A DNA stretch of 64,000 nt from Thermodesulfobacteriota bacterium (GCA_047518015.1 JAKZRS010000002.1:10168-74167); one strand, 5' to 3'; positions 29,382 to 43,589 are shown, counted from the first letter of the stretch. The notes: a model not told the origin generated them from the letters alone. A program made the numbers and translations.

Positions 29382-30383
29382 ATGATTTATAATAGACGGA
29401 AAAGATACAGTCCAATGATACATCCAAGACAGGCACTAAACGGCACATTAAAATATTTTTATATCAAGGCTACGGGAAGGCCGAAGCTACTTAATCTTGA
29501 GATAACCAAGCTTTGCAACGCCCGCTGCGATTTCTGCGACTACTGGCAGACAAAACACGAGGAACGTCTTTCTGACTACACGCCCGTCATAAAGAAAATA
29601 AATCCTCTCGTCACGGTCATTACAGGCGGGGAGCCCATGATCAGAAAGGATCTTCCCGCTATCGTAAGGCAGATAAAGGGATGCTCCATGTTCATTTTTA
29701 CTTCCATGGTCACCAAGGGAGATTTCCTAACCGAGGAGAAAACCGAAGAGCTTTTTGACGCCGGCATGGATCAGATAGCCGTCTCCCTCGATTTTCCGGG
29801 AGAAAAGCACGATACCTACAGAGGCATTCCCGGTCTCTGGAAAAAACTCTCTGAAACTCTTCCCGAACTAGCGGAGCGGTTTCCGGACAAAAGCCTTGTG
29901 CTAAACACCATAATAATGGAAGACAACCTCGAGGAGGTCGTCAACATAGCGAGAAAGGCAAGAGAGTGGGGCATAGCAATATCTTTTAGCTCCTACTCGG
30001 TGATGAAAACCAACAATGAAGACCACTTCGTCAAGAAGGAAGCCCTATCAAAGGTAAGTGACCTGGTTGAAGAGCTGATTGCGCTTCGGAGGAAGTGGAA
30101 GGGAACGATACTCTCGACCGAGTACTACCTTAGGGAAATCCCGGGTTACTTCGAAAATGGAAGCGTTCCCGACTGCCTGGCGGGTATAAGCCACATACAT
30201 GTTACCCCGAGCGGTCACTTGAAACGCTGCTCGGAGATGCCGGTCGCCGCACATTACACCGAGTATAAGCCGAACCTCTACGCTAAGACCAAGTGCACTT
30301 CATGCTGGTACAGCTGCAGGGGGGAGACCCAGAGCCCGGCGAACGTTAAAAGGGCCATGGAATACATGGGAATCTATATCTAG
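29382..30383 (+). CDS. Radical SAM protein (CxxxCxxC; possible partial SPASM-like C-terminal Cys cluster)
   Basis: LNLEITKLCNARCDFCDY radical-SAM motif, plus C-terminal Cys residues (…CTSCWYSCRG…). Confidence 0.75.
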   Translation: MIYNRRKRYSPMIHPRQALNGTLKYFYIKATGRPKLLNLEITKLCNARCDFCDYWQTKHEERLSDYTPVIKKINPLVTVITGGEPMIRKDLPAIVRQIKGCSMFIFTSMVTKGDFLTEEKTEELFDAGMDQIAVSLDFPGEKHDTYRGIPGLWKKLSETLPELAERFPDKSLVLNTIIMEDNLEEVVNIARKAREWGIAISFSSYSVMKTNNEDHFVKKEALSKVSDLVEELIALRRKWKGTILSTEYYLREIPGYFENGSVPDCLAGISHIHVTPSGHLKRCSEMPVAAHYTEYKPNLYAKTKCTSCWYSCRGETQSPANVKRAMEYMGIYI

Positions 30384-30440
30384 TCTGTTCTAGCGGGGGG
30401 AATGGTTGCACTTCTGAGCTTTGTAACTCAAGTTAACAGA

Positions 30441-31007
30441 CTACTTTGCAGAGGGTAACCTCAAGTAGCGCGGAACCCGACGCTTATATGCCAAATATTT
30501 TTCACCGTATTGCTTTGCGAGCCACCGTTCTTCCGGAAAGGGAGCGCTTAGGTAACAAAAGATAGCCAGTACAAGCAACACGATTGCCTTTGACGAGGCT
30601 ACCAATACGCCCAGAAAAATACAGGCGATCGAATAAAAAACGTATTGTGGATTCCTGCTGTATTTATACAACCCCGTTTCAATAAATCCGGCGGCTTCTC
30701 CGTGCGAGTTACGCCACCCGAGCTGCAGGAACGCGACGGTGCCGAGCACCGCTGCAATGACAAATATGGGCAGCGCTACATAAAAGCGTAACCAGTGCGG
30801 GATATCTAAAGACGACCATTCAAAATATAAAATCAATCCGATACAAAGAACCAGAACTCTGATCGCTCCCCACAAGGATCGATATTGCCACGAGTCGCGT
30901 TTTGGCGGAGGCCAGAATTGGAAGTTTTCTTTTATTTGGCCAAGTGCCAGCATTGTCAAAAGGAAAGCGTTTGCTAAAAGGCCAATGATAAATAGCAGCG
31001 TGCCCAT
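30441..31007 (-). CDS. Isoprenylcysteine carboxyl methyltransferase (ICMT)/phospholipid methyltransferase family membrane protein
   Basis: Polytopic membrane protein with an …RNPQYVFYS… motif, resembling the ICMT/PEMT family RNPxY box. Confidence 0.55.
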   Translation of the reverse strand: MGTLLFIIGLLANAFLLTMLALGQIKENFQFWPPPKRDSWQYRSLWGAIRVLVLCIGLILYFEWSSLDIPHWLRFYVALPIFVIAAVLGTVAFLQLGWRNSHGEAAGFIETGLYKYSRNPQYVFYSIACIFLGVLVASSKAIVLLVLAIFCYLSAPFPEERWLAKQYGEKYLAYKRRVPRYLRLPSAK

Positions 31008-31809
31008 ATCAATTGTAGTTATGTATGTAAGTTCCGATCTTCATTTTCACGAGAGATAATTTTGCGTTTCCTAATAACATATCTTCGCCCTGTTGTTTTC
31101 TCTAGGAAATTTATCAGGCGATTAGGAGGGTTAATGTAGGTAAAAAGAACTATTAAGTTGACTGTTTTCTTTAAATCCTTCAGTAATACGTTCTACTTCT
31201 TCCGACAGAGTGTCAACAACTTCATTTAACCGATAACCGATCAAACCGATCTCGTGTACCGTTCCAACTAGGTGACTCGACAAACATTTAGCCGTTTTTT
31301 ATTTCAGCAAGTTATTAAACTAGAGCGCCAAGGGGAGTTTTGCTTCCTTGCTTGTACTCAAGCTGAGTGTCCTGTTAGATGAGATTGCAGGAAACAGGAC
31401 GGAGATAGCCAGAAACAGATTGAATACAGTACTTTTAGGCGTACTCCCGGCATCTGCAATCGCACATTCTCCTCCATCTTCTCCGCCTGGACCTAGCCGC
31501 TCAGCATGCGGCGCTGTTGTTGGCGTTGGCGGCTGCGGCGTTGGATCCTTTGAGTCTATGAGCTGACTCCTTATGCGCCATGGTTTCCGCGGGCGCTCTG
31601 CGCTTCGGTTGCTTGTTGTTCCGTCCAGTATCTCGCGGGTGAATTTCCCACTGGTCCGTAAACACCGTCCGCCGTTTCCCTGCCCCGGCGGGATTCTTAC
31701 AAAAGTGGTAGTGCTTCAATGCCGCGTGCGGCGGTGTTAAGGCACGCGATTGATACTTGATATTACTGGTTGGTAGCAATATAATATTTGAGGGCTGGAT
31801 GATGAGATA

Positions 31810-33798
31810 ATGGGAGGTTTCCAAAAGAAAATCAAAGGGTTTTCCAGATGCCGGGGAGGGCGGTTCCTGCCTTCCTATGCCTCAGCCGTGCGGGAGTATC
31901 TCCTTTTATTCTGCCTGTTTTTTCTGCCGGTCGTTTTCTCCCCGACCCCTTATTGCTTCGCGGTTACTATTGAGGTCACGTACACCAATGAGCAGGGAAG
32001 CGGGTTTTATGACGAAACAGAATTAACCGAAGAGCAAAAAATGTTGCTCGTTGAAGCCGGCAACGAAGCGCTGACCTTTGGGGAGGTCAGAAGAAACGCC
32101 TTCGAATACGCCGGCGGCCTGCTCGCGGACAAGCTCGGGGGCGACACCACTGTAAGCGTGGAGGCGTGGTTTGTTGAAGATCCGAATCTCCTTGCAGCGC
32201 TGACGTATAAAAAGCTGGTTAAGTTCCCTAGGGATTCGGGCCTGTTCTACTATCCCACGTCGCTTGCCGAAGCGATCTCAGGGGAAGAGCTTAACGGAGG
32301 GGATCCCGACGCGAGAGTGAAATTTTCCGACAAGCCGAAATTCTATTACGGTCTTGATCTGGAAATCCCTCAGGGTTACTACGATTTTGTTGAAGTTGTC
32401 ATGCATGACCTTATTCACGCGCTGGGAATGACTTCTTCTATAACCAGCGATGGTTCCTTCTACAAAACCACAGGTGGAATGGAAGAGATACAGATTTTCG
32501 ATGTGCAGCTGTATTCCCAGCAGCACGGGAAACTTCTTGTGGATCTCTCCGACGCCGAAAGACTGGAAGCCGTCACTTCGAGTACGGGTCTTTTGTGGGA
32601 AGGTACTACCGGAGGGCAAAATCCCTGCAGTTACGGGCAGCGCATGGCTGAACTGCAATCGAGCATTGTTGTAGCCGACGATGGTAAACCTAGACTCTGG
32701 GCTCCGTCTTCTTTCGGTTTCATTGCACACCTCAACACCGGGACACTAGATATTATGGCCTTGAATACCCCCGCGAAAATGAGAACCATGGATCTTAGCC
32801 TTGGAATGCTAAAGGACATGGGGTGGGAGATTGAAGATGATGATTTTCCGCCCGACTGTACGCCGACGGGAATAACAGTGACGCCGACTACGGAGCTTGT
32901 GACTACGGAAGGGGGCGGGACGGCGGAGTTTCTGATACGGCTCAACTCGGAACCCATGGCCGACATTACGATTGAAGCGATAAGCGGAGACCCGGATCAG
33001 GCGGTTGTTGATGCCGATACGAGCGTGCTTGAGTTCACGCTTGCCAACTGGCGCGAGGAAAAAGAGGTGAAGGTGAGAGGCGTAGACGATGATGAGCGCG
33101 ACGGGCCACAGAGCTACTCGGTTTTTCTGTCTGAAGTGAAAGGAGAAGACAGGTTTTATAAAGGATTTAGCAAAGAGGTATCGTTGGTTAATAAAGATAA
33201 CGACAGCCCCGTACCCGGCCTTCGGATAAACGATAGCGTGAGCGCGGGGGAAGGTGAAGGAAGCATCAACTTCACGGTGAGTCTTTTGCCGCCGTGGACT
33301 GATGAGGTAGAGGTGGAATATGTCGTGACGGGAGTTACGGCGGAAGCGGGTTCTGATTACGTCGCGGAACCGGCAGGTGGTGTGCTCGTTTTTGCCGCGG
33401 GGGAAACGGAAAAGACAATCAGTGTGTTTTTGATTGATGATGATCTGGACGAGCCTGATGAGATTTTCGAGGTTCGATTGAAGAGAGTGCCGGAGGGGAA
33501 CAACGATATCGCTACCGGTAAAATCAGGGATGATGATCAGCCGTTAGCTACCCGGCAGCCGCCAGTTGCCCCGCAGCCGCTGGTTACTCCGCAGCCGCCG
33601 GTTACTCCGCAGGCGGTGGTTACTCCGCAGGCGGTGGATGATCTCACAGTCCGGGCAGATGGAGGAGGATGCGACATTGCTTCGGACGGGAGGGATGGGG
33701 TGGGATATAGGACCGAGAACGCTGTGTTCAGCCTGTTTTTTATTGTGTCTTTTCTGTTTTCGGCAATTTTACGAAAAAATGGAGAGGAAACTCACTGA
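31810..33798 (+). CDS. Secreted Calx-beta domain protein with Pro-rich repeat linker and C-terminal hydrophobic anchor
   Basis: Signal peptide, two Calx-beta-like modules (…DDDERDG…; …DYVAEPAGGVLVFAAGETEKTISVFLIDDDLDEPDEIFEV…), a (PQPxVT)n repeat, and a GGGC…hydrophobic…RK tail. Confidence 0.65.
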   Translation: MGGFQKKIKGFSRCRGGRFLPSYASAVREYLLLFCLFFLPVVFSPTPYCFAVTIEVTYTNEQGSGFYDETELTEEQKMLLVEAGNEALTFGEVRRNAFEYAGGLLADKLGGDTTVSVEAWFVEDPNLLAALTYKKLVKFPRDSGLFYYPTSLAEAISGEELNGGDPDARVKFSDKPKFYYGLDLEIPQGYYDFVEVVMHDLIHALGMTSSITSDGSFYKTTGGMEEIQIFDVQLYSQQHGKLLVDLSDAERLEAVTSSTGLLWEGTTGGQNPCSYGQRMAELQSSIVVADDGKPRLWAPSSFGFIAHLNTGTLDIMALNTPAKMRTMDLSLGMLKDMGWEIEDDDFPPDCTPTGITVTPTTELVTTEGGGTAEFLIRLNSEPMADITIEAISGDPDQAVVDADTSVLEFTLANWREEKEVKVRGVDDDERDGPQSYSVFLSEVKGEDRFYKGFSKEVSLVNKDNDSPVPGLRINDSVSAGEGEGSINFTVSLLPPWTDEVEVEYVVTGVTAEAGSDYVAEPAGGVLVFAAGETEKTISVFLIDDDLDEPDEIFEVRLKRVPEGNNDIATGKIRDDDQPLATRQPPVAPQPLVTPQPPVTPQAVVTPQAVDDLTVRADGGGCDIASDGRDGVGYRTENAVFSLFFIVSFLFSAILRKNGEETH

Positions 33799-33846
33799 CG
33801 GCGTAGGAGTTGTCGGCCGCGTTGCTCTGTCCGAAACGAGCCATCG

Positions 33847-35292
33847 CTAGGTTTTCTGTGTTTTCCAGTCGGTGCCGCCCGGGCGGTCTGCAAGTACTAC
33901 TCCCTTGGAACTCAGGTAGTCCCTGATTTCATCGGCCTTTTTCCAGTTCTTCTGCTCTCTGGCCGAGTTTCTCTCGTTTATGAGCTTTTCTATTTCAAAG
34001 GGGTCTATGTCGGAGAGGTTTGCGGTGGATTTTCTTTTTTCCATGTACTCGGCCGGTTCTTGGGATAGCACTCCAAGCACCCCGCATACCTCCTTTATCT
34101 TCTCAAGTGCGAGCGTTGCGCTTTGAGTCCGTCCCACGGAGTCAAGTGACCTGTTAATTGAGCGTATCAGGTCAAAAAGATTTCCCACCACGTCCGCGGT
34201 GTTGAAATTATCGCTCATCGAGGAGTGAAAATCTTCCTCGAATTCCCTGATCGAACCTTCAAGCTCAGGATCAGAACCCTTCGCTTCACGCGCCTCTGCG
34301 GCTCTTAGCAGGGTGAGGTATATTCTCTCAAGCGACGCCTCGCTGTCATACATGCTTTTCTCTGAAAAATCGGCGGGATTCTGATAGTGATGAGAAAGGA
34401 AGAAAAGCCTTATGGCCTCGGGAGACCATCTCTTGGTGGCCTCGGAAAGCGTGAAAAAATTCCCGAGGGATTTTGACATCTTCTCCTTGTTTATCCTTAT
34501 CAGGCCGTTATGAAGCCAGTATCTTGCAAACGGCTCGCCGGATGCGGCCTCTGACTGTGCTATTTCGTTTTCATGATGCGGGAAAATAAGGTCCTTTCCC
34601 CCTCCGTGTATCTCGAAATTCGTTCCCAGGTATTCCATGCTCATAACGGAGCATTCTATGTGCCAGCCGGGTCTTCCGTCTCCCCATGGGCTCTTCCAGG
34701 ACGGCTCGCCGGGTTTTGACTCCTTCCAGAGCGCGAAATCAAGAGGGTCTTCTTTTTCTTCGTTTACGTCTATCCTGACTCCCTCGAGCATGTGATCAAG
34801 AGAGCGCCCGGAGAGTTTTCCGTAGCCGGGGAATTTTCTTACGGAAAAAAAGACGTTGTTGCCCGAGCGGTAGGCGAAGCCTTTTTCCATTATCTTCTCT
34901 ATAAGCGCCGTTATCTGCTCTAGATGCTCCGTTACCCGTGGCTCCGCATCGGGAGTTTCAACCCCTATTGAAGCCATGTCCTCTTTGTATTCCTTTATGT
35001 ATTTCTCGGAGATCTCATCGCAGCTTACTCCTTCTTGGTTTGAGCGGTTTATTATCTTGTCGTCTATGTCGGTGAAGTTTCTCGCGAACAGCACGTCATA
35101 GCCGGCGTATCTGAGAAATCTCTGTATCACGTCAAAAGACACCGCGGAGCGGGCGTGTCCCAGATGTGCGGAGTCATATACCGTGGGGCCGCATACGTAC
35201 ATCCGGATCTTGTTTCCTTCGAATGGAACGAGATCTTCTTTTTTCTGCGAGAGAGAATTATAGATTTTTATTCCGGGTAGTTCTTTTTTCAT
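33847..35292 (-). CDS. cysS: Cysteine--tRNA ligase
   Basis: HIGH (…GPTVYDSAHLGHARS…) and KMSKS motifs. The start is taken at the ATG at 35292 (MKKELPGIKIYNS). Confidence 0.9.
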   Translation of the reverse strand: MKKELPGIKIYNSLSQKKEDLVPFEGNKIRMYVCGPTVYDSAHLGHARSAVSFDVIQRFLRYAGYDVLFARNFTDIDDKIINRSNQEGVSCDEISEKYIKEYKEDMASIGVETPDAEPRVTEHLEQITALIEKIMEKGFAYRSGNNVFFSVRKFPGYGKLSGRSLDHMLEGVRIDVNEEKEDPLDFALWKESKPGEPSWKSPWGDGRPGWHIECSVMSMEYLGTNFEIHGGGKDLIFPHHENEIAQSEAASGEPFARYWLHNGLIRINKEKMSKSLGNFFTLSEATKRWSPEAIRLFFLSHHYQNPADFSEKSMYDSEASLERIYLTLLRAAEAREAKGSDPELEGSIREFEEDFHSSMSDNFNTADVVGNLFDLIRSINRSLDSVGRTQSATLALEKIKEVCGVLGVLSQEPAEYMEKRKSTANLSDIDPFEIEKLINERNSAREQKNWKKADEIRDYLSSKGVVLADRPGGTDWKTQKT

Positions 35293-35578
35293 GTTTTCAA
35301 GGGAGATCACAGCAGGACCTGTTCGTCCTGCTGTATTTTTTTGAAAGGAAAATTCTACGCACTTGTTTCCTAAATTCAAGGGTAGAGTGCCCGTACACAA
35401 GGCGATCAGGGGTTTTTTCTCAGGATCCTATGGAGAGGCTGTAGGGGGTTTTTGCTATGGATCGCAGGTTTTTTTCTTAAAATGCAAAAAAGCCCTTGCC
35501 AAACCAAAACCGTCCGTTAATATGATGGCTCACTTCATTTTTCGTTCTGAATTTTAATTGTTTTTTTTCTTTAACACA

Positions 35579-35665
35579 TTGACAATCACGTATGGGTAAG
35601 TAAGCTATTTTACCCATTTTGAAAACTGATTTTTTGAAAACTGATCTTTGAAAATTTAATAGCAG
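35579..35665 (+). promoter_or_regulatory. Putative rRNA operon promoter region
   Basis: TTGACA at 35579-35584, then a direct repeat TTGAAAACTGAT ×2 with a possible second -35/-10 pair (TTGAAA-17nt-TAATAG), ~50-130 bp upstream of the 16S. Confidence 0.3.
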
Positions 35666-35707
35666 ATGATAGCGGGCGAACTTGAGCAGTATCCGTAAAT
35701 TCTTTAA

Positions 35708-37250
<1,543 letters not shown>

Positions 37251-37327
37251 TTCACGGAGATATCTGTCTCTTTTTCGCTCGTCATCTGCTTTTTATAAAA
37301 AAGTATTTGCTGCGCTTTAAAAGCAAC

Positions 37328-37404
<77 letters not shown>

Positions 37405-37408
37405 AGTA

Positions 37409-37481
37409 GGGGGTGTAGCTCAGTTGGGAGAGCGCCTGCTTTGCAAGCAGGGGGTCGACGGTTCGAGCCCGTTCACCTCCA
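37409..37481 (+). tRNA. tRNA-Ala (anticodon TGC), in the 16S-23S spacer
   Basis: GGGGGTGTAGCTCAGTTGGGAGAGC…TTTGCAA…GGTTCGAGCCC…CACCTCCA with the G3:U70 identity pair. Confidence 0.9.
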
Positions 37482-37590
37482 TTAGAAAAAGAATTTTTGA
37501 ATGCTTTTTTGATCTTTGACAACTGAATATAACGCTGAGAAACAGAATTGATCGTGTTGTTAGTATTATCGAGGATTTTCATGCCTCGCA

Positions 37591-40536
<2,946 letters not shown>

Positions 40537-41235
40537 CGAGGCTTGAAAATTCTCGATAGCAACACACAATTTCTCAGCGTTATATTCAGTTGCCAAAGGT
40601 TTTTTCCTATACGAAAACAGTTGGTCAGAAACAATTCTTTGTTGTGAAACTAAGACCAGTTTTACACTATCGGTATGCTTTAACCGATTCCGGTATAGTG
40701 TTTGTATACAGAGGGTAGCCTTTCATTTGGTATTACTTCCCGTGGTTTCAGGGGATACGAAGCGAACGCATGGACGGCGGCGCGGGTCCGGAACACGGTC
40801 TTGGCATTTGCTTGCGATAACAACAGTTATCGGGCGTCGAATCGGAGGCTTGGGGATGCGTTGTGCGGTTGCGACACAGGGGCTCGCCGAAGTTTGCACC
40901 CAAGCGATAGATGAGGAGTCCCCCGACCGCAGGCCCATTTTCGAGGCGCTCTCTCGGGCACGGTCAGTTCGCCTCATATAGGAACCGACTGGTCTACGGC
41001 TTGGTCAATCGAGGCAGGAAGAAGAATGCGAGACTGGAGGCTGGAGTCTATCACTCGTGACAAGGGTGATGCCCGGCTTCAACGGAACATCGCGCGCTTT
41101 CAGACAACTCTTGGCATTGCGGTGTCCACTACGGCGATAGCCTACGCAGTCCGCGAGATTGTCTGCGGTGCTGAACGACTACACATGCGCACATAAATTC
41201 AGCCCGGCAACGCTGCATCCAACCAACAAATCAGG

Positions 41236-42168
41236 CTAGAGAATAATCAACTCGCCAACATTGTTCAGTGGCCCCAGCGTGAATTCAATCGGCGCATTCA
41301 GTTTCTCAGTGTATTGTGGAGGGCAACTTACAAACCTATACTCGCGCTGGTAGGTAAATCGGAACATCTTCTGAAAGTGAACTATTGGGGGACGAAAAAG
41401 CTGGCCGCCTGGTCCAAATGGACTAAAGGGTTGTTCATCGTCTTTTTCTCCCACACCGTAGCACAAATGTATTTCTGGCGGATGAATTGGTTCCCGGTAG
41501 GCTCCAAAAGGATCGGTGTAGTGAACATTGGCATGTGCGAATAACTTGGTGCCTGCCGGTGGTCTAAACGCATCGCAAATTATATCCTTGAATTTGTCGT
41601 GAGACAGTACGATGCATGCATCGGCACTAAAGTCTGAAAATAGACGTGGCGTCAACAAAGTGGACATGCAAAATACCCATGCATCGGGTCCTACTGACTC
41701 AATGCGAGTAATTTCATCCCGTTTGGCATCGGGAGCACGAAACAATGGCAAAATACGAGCATCAGATTCTTGCAGCGCATCTCGATTGGCACAAACATAT
41801 TCTGACTTCAAATATCCCTCGTCGCTAGCCACAACGGCGTAGTGTGAAAGAGTAAGTTCCTGGTCGTGAACAGCCTGATTGTGCTCAGGTTCACCATAAA
41901 GCGATGCGGGTGGCATGTAGACTTCACCGCGCTCATAAAGCGCCCTAATGTGCTCGGCTTTGCCGTACTTGACTAGGATTGGACCTGGAATTTGCACTTT
42001 CTTAATGGCATCCGCTGCTTGCTCACAAAGCTCCTTATCGGGAAACAACACTGCCTTCTTGACGGTCGGGTCAAAGTTGTGGGGCACGGGTGGCTGGCCA
42101 CGGAGAAACATTTCGACTACGACGTGCCTGAACAGTTGTTGCCAGTGTTTTTCAGTAGTAAGGTCCAC
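41236..42168 (-). CDS. Hypothetical protein. Likely the C-terminal ~310 aa of a frameshift-split ~500-aa gene.
   Basis: Opens with GTG immediately after an in-frame TGA and overlaps the upstream ORF by ~52 nt in the -1 frame. No family recognised. Confidence 0.4.
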   Translation of the reverse strand: MDLTTEKHWQQLFRHVVVEMFLRGQPPVPHNFDPTVKKAVLFPDKELCEQAADAIKKVQIPGPILVKYGKAEHIRALYERGEVYMPPASLYGEPEHNQAVHDQELTLSHYAVVASDEGYLKSEYVCANRDALQESDARILPLFRAPDAKRDEITRIESVGPDAWVFCMSTLLTPRLFSDFSADACIVLSHDKFKDIICDAFRPPAGTKLFAHANVHYTDPFGAYREPIHPPEIHLCYGVGEKDDEQPFSPFGPGGQLFRPPIVHFQKMFRFTYQREYRFVSCPPQYTEKLNAPIEFTLGPLNNVGELIIL

Positions 42169-42710
42169 TTCTCTGCGTCATTCAGAATTGTAATGTTGGT
42201 AAATAGATCCTGATAACGCCGATTCAACCCGGCACGACTTTCGAACCGCAGATATCTGTTGGCCCTGTACTCGCGTTCCCAGTCATCGGATTCGGCAAAC
42301 TTGGTCTGAAACACGGGCTCATTCAAGGGCCCGGGTCCCGAGAGGCTAATGCGATTCGAAATTTCATTCTCATCCAGCTCACGCAATGTTTCAGACTTGA
42401 TCAGCTTGACGCCAAATGGGCCACCACGGATTAACCGCCACCATATCTGGTGTGTGAATTCAAATATCGCGATGTCAGGAGTCTCGACTAGTTCTGCTAG
42501 TTTACACGCCAACATACTGCGCTCATAATCATCTTCTGGAGGGCGGGGAACTCCCACAATACCTTCTGCGACGACGTGTGGCGGTCCGGGGCAGTCTGAA
42601 TAAGATATGCCTACCTTGAGGTGTACGCCCAGTTCGGACGGCATACCGATTTTCGCGCCCCACTGTTTGTATTCGTCGTCGGTTTTGTTATCAGGAATAA
42701 GTAGTACCAT
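42117..42710 (-). CDS. Hypothetical protein. Likely the N-terminal ~197 aa of the same split gene.
   Basis: ATG start ~170 bp downstream of the vapC stop. Ends at a TAG inside the overlap with 41236..42168. No family recognised. Confidence 0.4.
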   Translation of the reverse strand: MVLLIPDNKTDDEYKQWGAKIGMPSELGVHLKVGISYSDCPGPPHVVAEGIVGVPRPPEDDYERSMLACKLAELVETPDIAIFEFTHQIWWRLIRGGPFGVKLIKSETLRELDENEISNRISLSGPGPLNEPVFQTKFAESDDWEREYRANRYLRFESRAGLNRRYQDLFTNITILNDAEKWTLLLKNTGNNCSGTS

Positions 42711-42883
42711 TGATCTAGCCCGGATTTCTCACAAAGAAGTACTCATAAGGCTGTTAGTTCTTCCGTGTTGTAGTGTGTTGTAATCACTTAATTATAACAC
42801 GATCAACAGCCTTTTTTTATACCTCTTTGTGAGAAATCCGGGCTAAACATCCATGAATGCTTTTGCCGTATTGACAGATGTTG

Positions 42884-43303
42884 TCATTGCGCTTCCCAGG
42901 GATTTCTGACCCTGATATCCAGCCCGGCAAAATCCTCCGTATTTCGCGTTACAACCGAGAGACCGTGCACTCTGGCTGTTCCTGCGATCAGTGCGTCGCC
43001 CAAATGTAGTACACGACCGGACCTTCGGGCTTGAGACCGAAGTCGTGCGGCCCACTCCGCTTCTTTTCTATCCACCGGCAAAATGCGGTCTTGGTGCTCC
43101 GCGATAAACTCTGACAGCACAACCTGTAAACTGTAACGACGACTTCCTTCAGGAAGAAGTTGCAGACCAAACTCCAGTTCGTGCATAACAATCGTAGAAA
43201 GCCAAAGGTTCTCGTGTTCAGACAAAAACTCGATTACTCTCGGATCCGGCGACTCTTTAGTCAGTTCAGATATAACGTTGGTGTCAAGAAGGTAGCCATT
43301 CAT
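42884..43303 (-). CDS. vapC: PIN-domain toxin VapC (type II toxin-antitoxin)
   Basis: MNGYLLDTNVISEL… and a …RNTEDF… C-terminal segment are typical of VapC/FitB. Its start overlaps the upstream antitoxin stop by 4 nt. Confidence 0.8.
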   Translation of the reverse strand: MNGYLLDTNVISELTKESPDPRVIEFLSEHENLWLSTIVMHELEFGLQLLPEGSRRYSLQVVLSEFIAEHQDRILPVDRKEAEWAARLRSQARRSGRVLHLGDALIAGTARVHGLSVVTRNTEDFAGLDIRVRNPWEAQ

Positions 43304-43578
43304 TTGGTATCATCCCTAATGAATGGGATTTCACGTTCGGGCTCGTGACGTTCTGGGATTTCGATGTCTATTCCCCGCGGCATATTTTCAATTAGCCATT
43401 GACCCATGGGCTTTCTAGGCGGTTTCTTGTTCTGCCACAACTTAGCGGGTAGCAGAATAAAAGATCTCCGTACTCCAATACACTGAGGACCCTCCGTCTC
43501 GGCAAGCATCAGTATTTCGGAAAGCTTTGCCTTGGCCTCGGCGACGGTCCAAACACGCTGGGTTTTAGGAATGTTCAT
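43300..43578 (-). CDS. vapB: Type II antitoxin (Phd/YefM-like) partnered with VapC
   Basis: 92 aa, MNIPKTQRVWTVAEAKAKLSEIL… antitoxin-like N-terminus, translationally coupled to vapC. Confidence 0.65.
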   Translation of the reverse strand: MNIPKTQRVWTVAEAKAKLSEILMLAETEGPQCIGVRRSFILLPAKLWQNKKPPRKPMGQWLIENMPRGIDIEIPERHEPEREIPFIRDDTK

Positions 43579-43589
43579 AGTAATAACTC

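Noticed and set aside
31348-31824. ORFs 31348..31566 (+) and 31501..31824 (-) in the long intergenic region upstream of the Calx-beta gene
   Set aside because: They overlap each other, have low-complexity translations and lack any ribosome-binding-site or start-codon context. More likely a noncoding regulatory region.
33545-33640. A short tandem repeat array (24-nt units) considered as a possible CRISPR or other repeat element
   Set aside because: The repeats are contiguous with no spacers and lie in frame inside the Calx-beta gene, encoding a Pro-rich linker. I saw no CRISPR-like repeat-spacer structure anywhere in the window.
40700-40800. A possible divergent 5S rRNA after the 23S
   Set aside because: Only a faint resemblance to the 5S loop B region (…CGAAGCGAACGC… / CCATGCG…). 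The terminal helix and the GGUAGUGUGGGG-type motifs are absent. Not supportable without cmsearch.
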